64,000 nt of DNA from Nitrososphaerota archaeon (GTDB lineage: Archaea; Thermoproteota; Nitrososphaeria_A; Caldarchaeales; Calditenuaceae): the NCBI GenBank assembly GCA_038845265.1, contig JAWBQR010000001.1, forward strand, positions 96,001 through 160,000. The letters are read 5' to 3'. The position numbers were made by a program, and so were the translations under genes. A model generated the notes under the pieces. That model saw nothing but the letters and a program-made list of their open reading frames with translations, was not told where the DNA came from and made no database searches. How positions within the stretch are numbered: position 1 is the first letter of the stretch; every line of letters starts with the position of its first letter. This document shows, one piece after another, positions 1-9,220 of the stretch.

Positions 1-497
1 AACTAATTATCCTTCATATTTACCACTTTCCAAACTTCTCCATCAATAACTATATTTTGTATCTCTCGATCTCCATAGTGACGATATACCTGTATGTCTC
101 TGCAACATCATTTATTCATGACGTACTGACGCATCGAGGAGTCGAGGAGGAAAAACAAACATTTCGAAGGATCATCTCGCTATTTTTTGGAGGAAATTTA
201 CAATGGGTAAAAATACTGTCATCAATAATGTTCAGCATGCTTCCACTCTCGATTTACCCAGCGATTGCATTTATAGATAAAATCATGGGTTGGGGCCAAT
301 TTACGAGCAGAGGCATCGTGCCATCAACATTAGCTGCTAATGTCACGTTAGTCATTGCACAGTTAGGAGCCTTTATCCTCTTAACTACATCATTGGCATA
401 CATACGAAGGCTTAGATGGCATGTCGCTGCGCTTATCTCCTTCTCAGTGATTTATCTATCAATTATTATTCAGTATATAGTTGTAATGGGGCTCTGA
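1..497 (+). CDS. Multi-pass membrane protein, 5'-truncated by the window edge
   Basis: The frame is open from the window start to TGA at 495-497 and has several hydrophobic helices. No family recognised. Confidence 0.6.
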   Translation, partial: LIILHIYHFPNFSINNYILYLSISIVTIYLYVSATSFIHDVLTHRGVEEEKQTFRRIISLFFGGNLQWVKILSSIMFSMLPLSIYPAIAFIDKIMGWGQFTSRGIVPSTLAANVTLVIAQLGAFILLTTSLAYIRRLRWHVAALISFSVIYLSIIIQYIVVMGL

Positions 498-555
498 ATG
501 GAATAATTAATATAATGGTTCTTCCCATACGATTTTTAGTCAAGGGGTAGGAGTC

Positions 556-870
556 TTGCCACAAGTCGTAAGGATAAAGCTGACGTCTACTGATCTCGAA
601 AAGTTAGAGAATACTTGTAACGAGATAAAATCGATAGCGCAGAGGACGGGTGTTAAAATCTCTGGCCCAGTTCCACTTCCATTAAGAAGGTTAGTACTGC
701 CTGTCAGAAAAAGCCCATGCGGCGAAGGAACGAAGACGTGGAGAAAGTGGGAGCTAAGAATTCACCGTCGCATCATTGATTTAACAATAAATGATCCTAG
801 AGTGATGAGGGAAATTATGAGGATACAAATTCCAGAGGAAGTATCTGTAGAGATGCGTGTAAGCAGCTAA
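556..870 (+). CDS. rpsJ: 30S ribosomal protein S10 (uS10)
   Basis: VRIKLTS, GVKISGPVPLP, RKSPCGEG and WELRIHRRIID motifs; TTG start after GGAG. Confidence 0.97.
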   Translation: MPQVVRIKLTSTDLEKLENTCNEIKSIAQRTGVKISGPVPLPLRRLVLPVRKSPCGEGTKTWRKWELRIHRRIIDLTINDPRVMREIMRIQIPEEVSVEMRVSS

Positions 871-871
871 A

Positions 872-2170
872 CTACTTAGCTATTTTAGTTATCTCTTTTA
901 CAACACCGGCTGCTACAGTCATTCCCATATCTCTTATCGCGAATCGTCCTAGCTGTGGAAAGTCGCTGTAGGCCTCTAAGGCAACAGGCCTTAATGGTTG
1001 AAGCCTGACTATTGCAGCATCTCCCGTCTTGAGGAACTGTGGATTTTTCTCTACTGGCTGTCCAGTCCTAGGATCGAGCTTAGCCTCAAGCTCGACAAAC
1101 TTAACTGCTGTTTGTGCCGTGTGGATATGCATTACAGGTGTATATCCGACCGCTATCGCAGTTGGATGATTTATGACGATGATCTGTGCCCTGAACTCTT
1201 CAGCTACCTTGCAGGGACTATCGGGATGCGAGACAACCATTCCTCTTTGAAGTGCCGTTTTCTCTATGCCTTTCAAGTTAAATCCTATGTTGTCCCCTGG
1301 AACAGCCTGAGGCAGCGGAGCGTGATGCATCTCTATACTCTTAACTTCAGCCCTAATGTTTCCTGGCATTATTACTACCTGATCTCCAGGCTTAAGCACT
1401 CCTGTCTCGACACGTCCAACAGGAACAGTACCTACACCCTTAATGCTGTAGACAGCTTGGATAGGTATACGGAGCGGTTTGTCGATTGGTTTGGGAGGTT
1501 CTTGGAACGTGTCAAGAGCCTCTAACAATGTCGGACCTGTGTACCAGGGCATTTTTTCGCTTCTACTCACCAAGTTGTCGCCTGTCCAGCCAGATATGGG
1601 GATGAATGGAATCTTTGAGACGTCGATGCCTATTTGTTTCATAAGTGCTGAAACTCCTTGCTTGACCTCTTCAAACCTCTCTTTAGACCAATTGACCGTT
1701 GGGTCGTCCATCTTATTGATAAGTACAATTATTTGTCTTATACCGAGCATAAATGCCAGGAATAAGTGTTCCCTTGTCTGACCACCTGCAGATATTCCTA
1801 CCTCATACTCACCCTTCTTTGCAGATACGACAAGTATAGCGGCATCAGCCTGCGATGCCCCAGTAATCATGTTCTTGACGAAGTCTCTATGTCCCGGCGC
1901 GTCAATAATAGTGAAATAGTATTTCTTGGTCTCGAATTTCTGGAAGCTGAGCTGAATGGTTAATCCTCTTTCTCTCTCCTCCTTAATCGAGTCCATTATG
2001 AAGGCATAGATAAATGTATCTTTACCTAGCCTCTTTGCCTCAGCTTCGAGCTCCTTCAGCTGACGCTCATCGACCGAGCCATTTAGGACTAAGAAGTGTC
2101 CCATAGTAGTTGACTTGCCATGATCGACGTGTCCTATTACGACGAGGTTTAGATGCGGCTTCTGAGACAT
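872..2170 (-). CDS. tuf: Translation elongation factor EF-1alpha
   Basis: GHVDHGKST, ERERGLTI, DAPGHRDF, NKMD and GRFAIRDMG motifs. Confidence 0.99.
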   Translation of the reverse strand: MSQKPHLNLVVIGHVDHGKSTTMGHFLVLNGSVDERQLKELEAEAKRLGKDTFIYAFIMDSIKEERERGLTIQLSFQKFETKKYYFTIIDAPGHRDFVKNMITGASQADAAILVVSAKKGEYEVGISAGGQTREHLFLAFMLGIRQIIVLINKMDDPTVNWSKERFEEVKQGVSALMKQIGIDVSKIPFIPISGWTGDNLVSRSEKMPWYTGPTLLEALDTFQEPPKPIDKPLRIPIQAVYSIKGVGTVPVGRVETGVLKPGDQVVIMPGNIRAEVKSIEMHHAPLPQAVPGDNIGFNLKGIEKTALQRGMVVSHPDSPCKVAEEFRAQIIVINHPTAIAVGYTPVMHIHTAQTAVKFVELEAKLDPRTGQPVEKNPQFLKTGDAAIVRLQPLRPVALEAYSDFPQLGRFAIRDMGMTVAAGVVKEITKIAK

Positions 2171-2198
2171 TTCAAACTCAATTTTAAAATCGCCTGGT

Positions 2199-2217
2199 CC
2201 TATATAAATATATTAAT
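2199..2217 (-). promoter_or_regulatory. Probable TATA box of tuf
   Basis: Minus strand reads ATTAATATATTTATATAGG, about 30 nt upstream of the ATG at 2170. Confidence 0.5.
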
Positions 2218-2242
2218 CCATAGAGAAAGAGTGCCCAAAAAA

Positions 2243-2800
2243 CTACCGAGAGGCTAGCGCTATGCGCTCCTGCTCTATCTTCTTTTTCAATGCGTAGCTT
2301 CTCACGTCACCTGAAGCCGCCAAAATTATTTCGTTTGCCAATGCCTCGTCAACCGTGATTGGTGCTCTGAAAGAATTTTCACGAGCTGCCTCGCTGAGCC
2401 ATCTAAGGGCAAGATCAAGCCTCCTCTGTGGAGATATGTCTACTGCCTTGAAGTAGGTGATACCGCCATAAGTTACTCTCGTTACATCCTCCCTAGGTGC
2501 ACAGTTCTCAATGGCCCTAATGAGAACCTGTATAGGATTTTCACCAGTCCTCAAATGAATAATTTGTAATGCGTTCCTTACTATCTGTAGGGCCTTTGTC
2601 TTCTTCCCCCCGTTCTTTCCAGGACGCATAAACATATTAGCCAATCGTTCAACTATGTTTACCTGAGATTTGCCGAAACGTCTATGCTCATGTCTACCGC
2701 CGGAGTGTGGCATAACTACTGGTTTGAGATTTATGTATGATCGTAGCCCCACATCATTGATTACTATGCCTTCAGTATCCCAAGCATTGAAGATTTTCAT
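2243..2800 (-). CDS. rpsG: 30S ribosomal protein S7 (uS7)
   Basis: PHSGGRHEHRRFGK, NPIQVLIRAIEN, AVDISPQRRLDLAL and ERIALASR motifs. Confidence 0.97.
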   Translation of the reverse strand: MKIFNAWDTEGIVINDVGLRSYINLKPVVMPHSGGRHEHRRFGKSQVNIVERLANMFMRPGKNGGKKTKALQIVRNALQIIHLRTGENPIQVLIRAIENCAPREDVTRVTYGGITYFKAVDISPQRRLDLALRWLSEAARENSFRAPITVDEALANEIILAASGDVRSYALKKKIEQERIALASR

Positions 2801-2865
2801 TTAAAAACATCAATATACTGGAATAATATAAATCTAAGTCCGAACACTGTCTTCGCACACCTATC

Positions 2866-3465
2866 TCATTTCAATCTATTATAGACATAGACTATTCTCT
2901 GGCCAATAGTAATTATGGAGAGAAACGTAGTAAGTAATAATCCGTACTGGAGTGATTGGCTAAAAAAGGGATAGAGTAGCGAGGCAAGCGCAATTATGAT
3001 AATTCTCTCTGCCCTTTCTGCAATCCCTGCTCCAGCAATGTTTATGTTATGTTGGTCTGCTTTGGCTCTAATATAGCTCACGAGGAGCGAACAAGAAATG
3101 AAGAGAGTCACTATGATTGATGAGACCCTACCGGAGATGGCTATTCCGAGTGAGACCGATACCTCTCCCAGCTTATCAAACACAGAGTCTAAGAAAGATC
3201 CTTTCTGAGTAGTCCTGTTAGTCGCTCTTGCTAATTCCCCGTCCAAGGCATCTAAAAAGCCAGACAGGAGTAGAACAACCCCGCCTATTGCTACGAACGT
3301 CTCTGATAAGTTTGCTAATGAGTAGAGACAGCCAGAAAGGATAGAAAAAACCAATGCCATATATGTAAGCGTAAATGGATTCACGTTACGTTCAACTAGA
3401 AGTTTAATAATATTGGTGCTAATTTTCTTCAAGAGATTTTTTTCGATGGTTCTCTTGTAGTTCAT
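2866..3465 (-). CDS. CDP-alcohol phosphatidyltransferase (archaetidylinositol-phosphate synthase-like)
   Basis: DALDGELAR...GSFLDSVFDK signature; SYIRAKAD and GIAERAER. Confidence 0.9.
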   Translation of the reverse strand: MNYKRTIEKNLLKKISTNIIKLLVERNVNPFTLTYMALVFSILSGCLYSLANLSETFVAIGGVVLLLSGFLDALDGELARATNRTTQKGSFLDSVFDKLGEVSVSLGIAISGRVSSIIVTLFISCSLLVSYIRAKADQHNINIAGAGIAERAERIIIIALASLLYPFFSQSLQYGLLLTTFLSIITIGQRIVYVYNRLK

Positions 3466-3585
3466 TTTTATTCCTTATAATTCTTTATGCATTTTGTATA
3501 AAACCTTGCTTTGATGCACTTCCTTCTGTATATTTAGTCAAAATTTAGTAAGACTAATATCTTGCTTTTAAGAAGGGAGTTACGC

Positions 3586-5280
3586 ATGAAAATCCTTCAA
3601 CTGCATGCCGACTACATTGAATATGAGCCAGTATCGAGAGAGGGCCCCATCGCCGAAGAAGCTGAAAAAAAGAAGATTCTTCTCAAAGACATACTAGTCC
3701 TTTTCACCACTATAGAGGAAACTGATACAGAAGCGATAGCTTCAAAGATGATTGATGAGATTAAAGAGTTTACTAACAATCTGGGAATAAATAAGATTCT
3801 TATCTATCCATATGCGCACCTAAGCAATAAACTGGCGCGTCCAGAAAAGGCTCTCAAAATAATTAAACATATGGAGGATGTAGCAAAAAAAATGGGGCTC
3901 GACGTCCATCGTTCTCCTTTCGGCTGGAATAAAAGGTTTACAATATCGATAAAGGGGCATCCCCTTGCTGAACAGTTCAGAAGCGATGTACAGTTGGAAA
4001 AAAAGTCGGTCCAAAAACAAGTATTGCAAAAGCCTGCTGAAGTAACGACAAGAATTGAGGCTAAGGAGCCGACGCATGTATTCTTAGGAAGAGAGTTAGA
4101 CATCTTCTCTATAAACCCAACAGCTGGCTCTGGGCTCCCACTATATCATCCAAGGGGAGCAATAATTAGAGAAGAGCTAATCAAATTAATAAGGGAGATA
4201 AATCAGAGTTTAGGATTTCAAGAGGTCTGGACTCCGCATCTATTTAGGTCTGAACTATGGTACAAAACAGGTCATTATGAGGCTTATCGAGAAAGAATGT
4301 TCGTGTTAGATGTTGAAGATGAGGAATACGTCGTGAAGCCAATGAACTGTCCCGGACACGCATTGATATACATGAGCAGGCCTAGGAGCTACAGGGATTT
4401 GCCAATTGCATATTCAGAATTTGCCACAGTTTATCGGAATGAGCAATCCGGCGAGCTGACGGGCTTACTGCGGGTTAGAGCGTTAACTCAGGATGATGGG
4501 CACGTTTTTTGTAGAGTAGACCAAATTAAAGATCAAGTTACAAAAATTATGAAAGCTGCACTTACAATTCATCAAAATCTAATCGGAGGAAATGTAGTAG
4601 TCAATCTTTCGACGAGGCCGGAAAAATTCATTGGCTCAGTAGAGCTCTGGGACTACGCGACGGAAATGTTGAAGAATTCATTAGAAGAACTTCAAATCAA
4701 CTATGTACTTAAAGAGGGAGAGGGAGCATTTTATGGGCCTAAGATTGACATTGATGTTGAAGATTCTCTTGGCAGGAAGTGGCAGTGTACGACCATTCAG
4801 CTGGACTTCTTCATTCCTGAGAATTTAGGTTTAGAATACGTAGACGCGGATGGGACGAAGAAGAGGCCAGTGATTATTCATCGCGCTCTCCTAGGTAGCT
4901 TAGATCGATATATTGCTTTACTCCTCGAGCATTATAACGGTAGGCTTCCAGTCTGGCTTTCGCCTGAGCAGGTCAGAATCATAACTGTTTCGGACAGGGT
5001 TGCCAGCTATGCAGAGAAGGTACGAGATATCCTATTGTCCAAAGGTATTAGGTGTTCCTTAAGCCTCACAGAGGGAACCGTAAGCAAAAAGATACTCCAA
5101 GCACACAGCGATAGGGTATCATTTATTGTAATAATTGGGGATAATGAAGAAAAGGAGGGCGTTATATCTGTTAGGGACGCTACTGGTAAGACATATTCGG
5201 GAATTAAGCCTGAGGAATTCGGAGAATGGGTCAAGAGGTTAATTGATTTAAGATCAAGGAACGTTGGGATATATGAGTAG
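3586..5280 (+). CDS. thrS: Threonyl-tRNA synthetase
   Basis: Archaeal editing domain (YPYAHLS, PFGWNK, KGHPLAE) plus catalytic core (KPMNCPGH, GAFYGPKID, IQLDF, IIHRA). ATG at 3586 follows GGGAG. Confidence 0.96.
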   Translation: MKILQLHADYIEYEPVSREGPIAEEAEKKKILLKDILVLFTTIEETDTEAIASKMIDEIKEFTNNLGINKILIYPYAHLSNKLARPEKALKIIKHMEDVAKKMGLDVHRSPFGWNKRFTISIKGHPLAEQFRSDVQLEKKSVQKQVLQKPAEVTTRIEAKEPTHVFLGRELDIFSINPTAGSGLPLYHPRGAIIREELIKLIREINQSLGFQEVWTPHLFRSELWYKTGHYEAYRERMFVLDVEDEEYVVKPMNCPGHALIYMSRPRSYRDLPIAYSEFATVYRNEQSGELTGLLRVRALTQDDGHVFCRVDQIKDQVTKIMKAALTIHQNLIGGNVVVNLSTRPEKFIGSVELWDYATEMLKNSLEELQINYVLKEGEGAFYGPKIDIDVEDSLGRKWQCTTIQLDFFIPENLGLEYVDADGTKKRPVIIHRALLGSLDRYIALLLEHYNGRLPVWLSPEQVRIITVSDRVASYAEKVRDILLSKGIRCSLSLTEGTVSKKILQAHSDRVSFIVIIGDNEEKEGVISVRDATGKTYSGIKPEEFGEWVKRLIDLRSRNVGIYE

Positions 5281-5329
5281 ATTCATGTTACATTCTTATA
5301 TCCTTCCGTAATAATCTCAATAAAGGGAA

Positions 5330-6778
5330 TTGAAGATTATTGGCAGAATTGGAGATGGCTCAACGGAGACATATGCCCGAGTCATACTATTGAAAGATAT
5401 TGAAAGAGAGATTAAGGCCGAGGAAATAGTACTAATTAAGAATGGAGGAGAGGAAAATCCTGTAAATGAAATAATAGGAGTGCTGAGAGAGGGCCTAGGA
5501 AAGAATGAATTTCTGAGTCATAGTGCTTATCGTCCAGACGTAGCATACCTAAAGTACGGTGGGCAACCATCAGGTGCGAGAGAGGTTTACTCATTTAGAG
5601 TAATGCCAATCGGTGTTAAGGGTGAGAACGGATTCGAGCCAAATAAGCTCATCATCGCGCCACGCTCACCTGTATATCTATTCGAGGACGATGATAATCC
5701 TCTAGACTTATTAACAGTCAGCATCAAGGAGCCTGAATATCTAGAAGCATTTCTGGAGGGTCATGAAAAGTGGCGGATACCAGTCCTTAAGGAATACATT
5801 CCCTATCACGTTGGAATTTTCGGCAGCACTGGCAGTGGAAAGTCATGGCTCGCGAGATACGTATTAGTTGAGTTCTATAAGAGATGTGGTTATGATGTCT
5901 TGATCCTTGACTGGAGTGGCACCGACTATGTCCCCTACTTTGAGGGAAATGTCATATCGATAACTGATATAGCATTAGATGAAGAGTCTATCTTTGCATA
6001 TTTACAAGACCTCACCTACAGGTTCGGCGATAATACAAACGTCAGAGACGCTTTTGACGAGTTTATTGAGGAGTGGCCCAAAAAAATACAAGAATCTGGA
6101 GGCAGTCACGAGAGACTTTACGAAATGCTTAAGAGAAGGGTAGAACTAATGGTTGAGAACATAGAGAGAAAAGACTGGAAGGACAATGCAAGACGTGCAT
6201 GTAGAAGAGTATTTAGAAAAATAAAGCCAGAAGATCTTATCCCACTAATGGGAACCATATCTATCGCTGAACTGCTAAAGCGACTACGGAGAGATCATTT
6301 GTTAGTGATTGATATGAGCGGAGCGATGGTTGAGAGTAAGCTAGGGTTTTTCCTCTCACTTGGAGCAGAGATTTATAGAGAAATGGATACGGGAAAAAAT
6401 GTAAACATTGCAATGATTATAGATGAGGCCCCACAATACGCTCCATGGGACGCTAAGGGAATACAGCTACAGACATCCGAGATGATTAAAAACCTAGCAG
6501 CTCTAGGACGAAAGAGACGTTTTAACTTGACTCTGATATCTCAGGGAATTAAAGGCGAGATAGGAATAAACGCAGCCGTCAGGAGAAACTTGAATACATA
6601 CTTTATAGGAAGAATACATCCGCTAGATGCATCAGGTGAAGGCGGGGCTTCTGAATGGCTGAGTCCATATGGAATAAGACCTGAGCAGTTATTACAGCTT
6701 AAACCGGGCAGATTCTATTTTGCGGGAATAATGAATCCATCACCTGTGCCACTCTTATTAACATTCAATCCAAGGTGA
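5330..6778 (+). CDS. HerA-family ATPase/helicase (divergent)
   Basis: N-terminal HAS-barrel-like region, Walker A GSTGSGKS, Walker B IIDEA, and GRK motif (LGRKRRFNLTLISQ). Confidence 0.85.
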   Translation: MKIIGRIGDGSTETYARVILLKDIEREIKAEEIVLIKNGGEENPVNEIIGVLREGLGKNEFLSHSAYRPDVAYLKYGGQPSGAREVYSFRVMPIGVKGENGFEPNKLIIAPRSPVYLFEDDDNPLDLLTVSIKEPEYLEAFLEGHEKWRIPVLKEYIPYHVGIFGSTGSGKSWLARYVLVEFYKRCGYDVLILDWSGTDYVPYFEGNVISITDIALDEESIFAYLQDLTYRFGDNTNVRDAFDEFIEEWPKKIQESGGSHERLYEMLKRRVELMVENIERKDWKDNARRACRRVFRKIKPEDLIPLMGTISIAELLKRLRRDHLLVIDMSGAMVESKLGFFLSLGAEIYREMDTGKNVNIAMIIDEAPQYAPWDAKGIQLQTSEMIKNLAALGRKRRFNLTLISQGIKGEIGINAAVRRNLNTYFIGRIHPLDASGEGGASEWLSPYGIRPEQLLQLKPGRFYFAGIMNPSPVPLLLTFNPR

Positions 6779-6782
6779 GATT

Positions 6783-7946
6783 ATGGAGGAGTACGTCGAG
6801 TGGCTAATGCTTCCGCATGATTTACAAATAGGTTTTTTCGAAGAGGCGGAGAAGGAATCTATAAACCTAGCAAGTAGGATTGAGGATATCTCGAAAGTCC
6901 TAAGAGACGCTACTCATCTACTTAAACCATTCGTAAAAAACTTGAGTGACAACGAAGAACTTTATGTCGTCTCTGCTGTTGATGGTTCAAGATCGCCTCA
7001 GCTAAGTGAGAGATTAGGCGTCAGGTATGGAGTATTTTCAGTAGGTATAAAAATAATTAAGGGACTAGAAAGCAAGGAGGAAATACTCAAGGCCGGAGTA
7101 TTCAAGAGGAAACAAGCATTTTCGCAAGACCTAAGCAGACACTTCTTTGAAGTCCTAGTCACATATCATGAAAGAAAACTAGCATTAGAAGCCTTGAAAA
7201 AGAGCGACTTAGTCCTAATCGATGGCAGTTTCTATGGATTTCTATTTCATGCATTGAGAACTAAAACACCAGAGGAATCGGAAGCACTGAAGAAGATAGT
7301 TCAAGAGACGTTCAAATTATCAGAGGAATTAATCAATAGCGGAAAAGTAATAGCTATTGTTAAGAGAAGCCCTTCAAGAGCAATCGGTGGATATTTCGCC
7401 TTTATTAATAAGCGAGACAATCCCTACACCACCCTCCTAGACAAATTCATACTATCATTCGTAATGCCTAGAAAGACCATCTTTTATTATGACGACCTTC
7501 TAGGGACTGAAAGACACATTATTTTTTACAACTCAATTGCATCCATGATTAGGAGATATGACTCGATGGATACAGTTATCGAAAAGGCACATGAAAACAT
7601 TATGTCGCCTTTCAGGCGTTTTGAACTGCCGGAAGACGCTCTTAATATCTTAGCCAGAGCGCAGGTAAGAGCATTTGACGGTGTTCCTACATGTGAAATA
7701 GAATATCCGAGGCACATCAGTAAAGAGAATTTGGAGCGTTGGCTTGCTCAGCCTAACTTTTTCAATGAAGGAACTGGATTGCCACTTGTTCTTGACTTAG
7801 TCGATAATTTGATATCAATTCCATCAAGATTTACGAATGAGTTTGTAAACGAGATAGAAGCCAGAACGCTAGAAAAACTTGGAGGCAGCGATCCCGACAT
7901 CCTTAAACTCTACTTTTCCTATCTAAATCCACAGAAGCCACTATGA
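6783..7946 (+). CDS. NurA-family nuclease
   Basis: SAVDGS, LIDGSF, IAIVKR and C-terminal GLPLVLDLVD motifs; 4 nt downstream of the HerA gene. Confidence 0.85.
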   Translation: MEEYVEWLMLPHDLQIGFFEEAEKESINLASRIEDISKVLRDATHLLKPFVKNLSDNEELYVVSAVDGSRSPQLSERLGVRYGVFSVGIKIIKGLESKEEILKAGVFKRKQAFSQDLSRHFFEVLVTYHERKLALEALKKSDLVLIDGSFYGFLFHALRTKTPEESEALKKIVQETFKLSEELINSGKVIAIVKRSPSRAIGGYFAFINKRDNPYTTLLDKFILSFVMPRKTIFYYDDLLGTERHIIFYNSIASMIRRYDSMDTVIEKAHENIMSPFRRFELPEDALNILARAQVRAFDGVPTCEIEYPRHISKENLERWLAQPNFFNEGTGLPLVLDLVDNLISIPSRFTNEFVNEIEARTLEKLGGSDPDILKLYFSYLNPQKPL

Positions 7947-8044
7947 CAACTATAGATTTCTCGTAAATTTAAAAATGGTAATACTTTTAATCCCATTCCA
8001 TGTATTTCTTGAGTACCAATAGCTCTATGTTGTATTTTGATTTA

Positions 8045-8452
8045 TTAGGTTTTAGTTATTGCAATTATTCCTCCTATTAGTCCGATGATTGAGCCTATTA
8101 GAAAGCCGCCGCCACTCAGAAAACCTATTATGGAGAAGATTAGTATGATTATTCCCCACAATTGAGTATCTTTTGGATTTACACGAATCATTAGGCCGCC
8201 CAGAATGAGGAGAGCCCCTGCCACTATTCCTAGGATAGAAACAAATGCCATCATGCCTGTAAAGGGCCATGCCATCATTGGTCCTCCCCATCTCCACATC
8301 ATACCACACATTGGGCAGCCCCATGTCGGAAACCAAGCGATCGATGGTGCTAATAGTGATAATATCATATAAATGACACTGTTGAGTAGGATCAATGATC
8401 CGCCAGTGATTGTGAGAGCAACGACTGCCGATAAGCTTCTATCATTACTCAT
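8045..8452 (-). CDS. Small membrane protein with Cys/Met-rich loop (DUF6114-like)
   Basis: About 4 TM helices, loop WGCPMCGMMWRWGGPMM, and C-terminal GGGFLIGSIIGLIGGI. Confidence 0.7.
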   Translation of the reverse strand: MSNDRSLSAVVALTITGGSLILLNSVIYMILSLLAPSIAWFPTWGCPMCGMMWRWGGPMMAWPFTGMMAFVSILGIVAGALLILGGLMIRVNPKDTQLWGIIILIFSIIGFLSGGGFLIGSIIGLIGGIIAITKT

Positions 8453-9137
8453 TTTCCTCTACCTCGATTTCCTGAATGAACTCTCCATGCCAAGAGTGGT
8501 ACCAGACGTCGCCTGAGAATGCATTTACGCTGAGCATACCGTGAATCCTGTTATTAATAGTGTAGTCTATAGTGTAATAACCATAGAATTTTATCGGCTC
8601 TTCTAATCCAATGCTTCCTTGAAACCTCTGTGTTAAGTATCTTAACGCTATTTGCTTGGCTTCATCCTCGTCTATTATCATTTCATCAGGAGTAGGATAA
8701 TACCGATACATCATTCTGAAGTGCATTCCATATTTAGTGTTCCACATCATGTTAGGCCCCGGCTCCGGCATTATTGCTCCAGTATAGGGATCAACAAGTA
8801 ACTCGAAAGCACCAACACTAGTATCTTTCTCTATTATAACAGCATAGAAATTATTACTGAACTCCATAATCTCTAATACTGCATAGTTATTCCCAAGTGA
8901 TTCAACATAAGACTCTAGACGTTTCGTAACTTCTGTTATGTCGAGTCTATTAGCCGTAATGGTTGTGGACCACCTACCTCTATTCATGGGACAAGCATAC
9001 CAAGATGCTCCTGCAGCAGAGCCCGAGTATTGATAGTTATTTCCACTCCACCCATAGGCGATGATGGCAAGATATACCGTCGATACACCTACTATGACAA
9101 GAATGGTAATTATCGATAGTATGGTTAACTTATTCAA
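8445..9137 (-). CDS. Membrane-anchored exported protein with tandem PepSY-like domains (conserved hypothetical)
   Basis: N-terminal TM; EIMEFSNNFYA, ELLVDPYTG, PEPGPNMMWNTKYG, FYGYYT and GMLSVNAFSGDVWYHSWHG. Confidence 0.7.
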   Translation of the reverse strand: MNKLTILSIITILVIVGVSTVYLAIIAYGWSGNNYQYSGSAAGASWYACPMNRGRWSTTITANRLDITEVTKRLESYVESLGNNYAVLEIMEFSNNFYAVIIEKDTSVGAFELLVDPYTGAIMPEPGPNMMWNTKYGMHFRMMYRYYPTPDEMIIDEDEAKQIALRYLTQRFQGSIGLEEPIKFYGYYTIDYTINNRIHGMLSVNAFSGDVWYHSWHGEFIQEIEVEENE

Positions 9138-9190
9138 TTTTACTTCCCTAACTATCTAAACCGCACTCTTAATAATAAAGTACGTGTATT

Positions 9191-9220
9191 TTATGTAGCA
9201 TCTTGTAGTTTATTGTAGCT
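9191..9220. repeat. Three phased TGTAG direct repeats with 10-bp period (candidate operator)
   Basis: ttaTGTAGca tctTGTAGtt tatTGTAGct, just upstream of the minus-strand TATA-like element (9167-9180) of the 9137 gene. Confidence 0.5.

Noticed and set aside
998-1963. Plus-strand ORFs within tuf, and similar shadow ORFs throughout the track
   Set aside because: They are antisense or alternative-frame shadows of well-supported genes.
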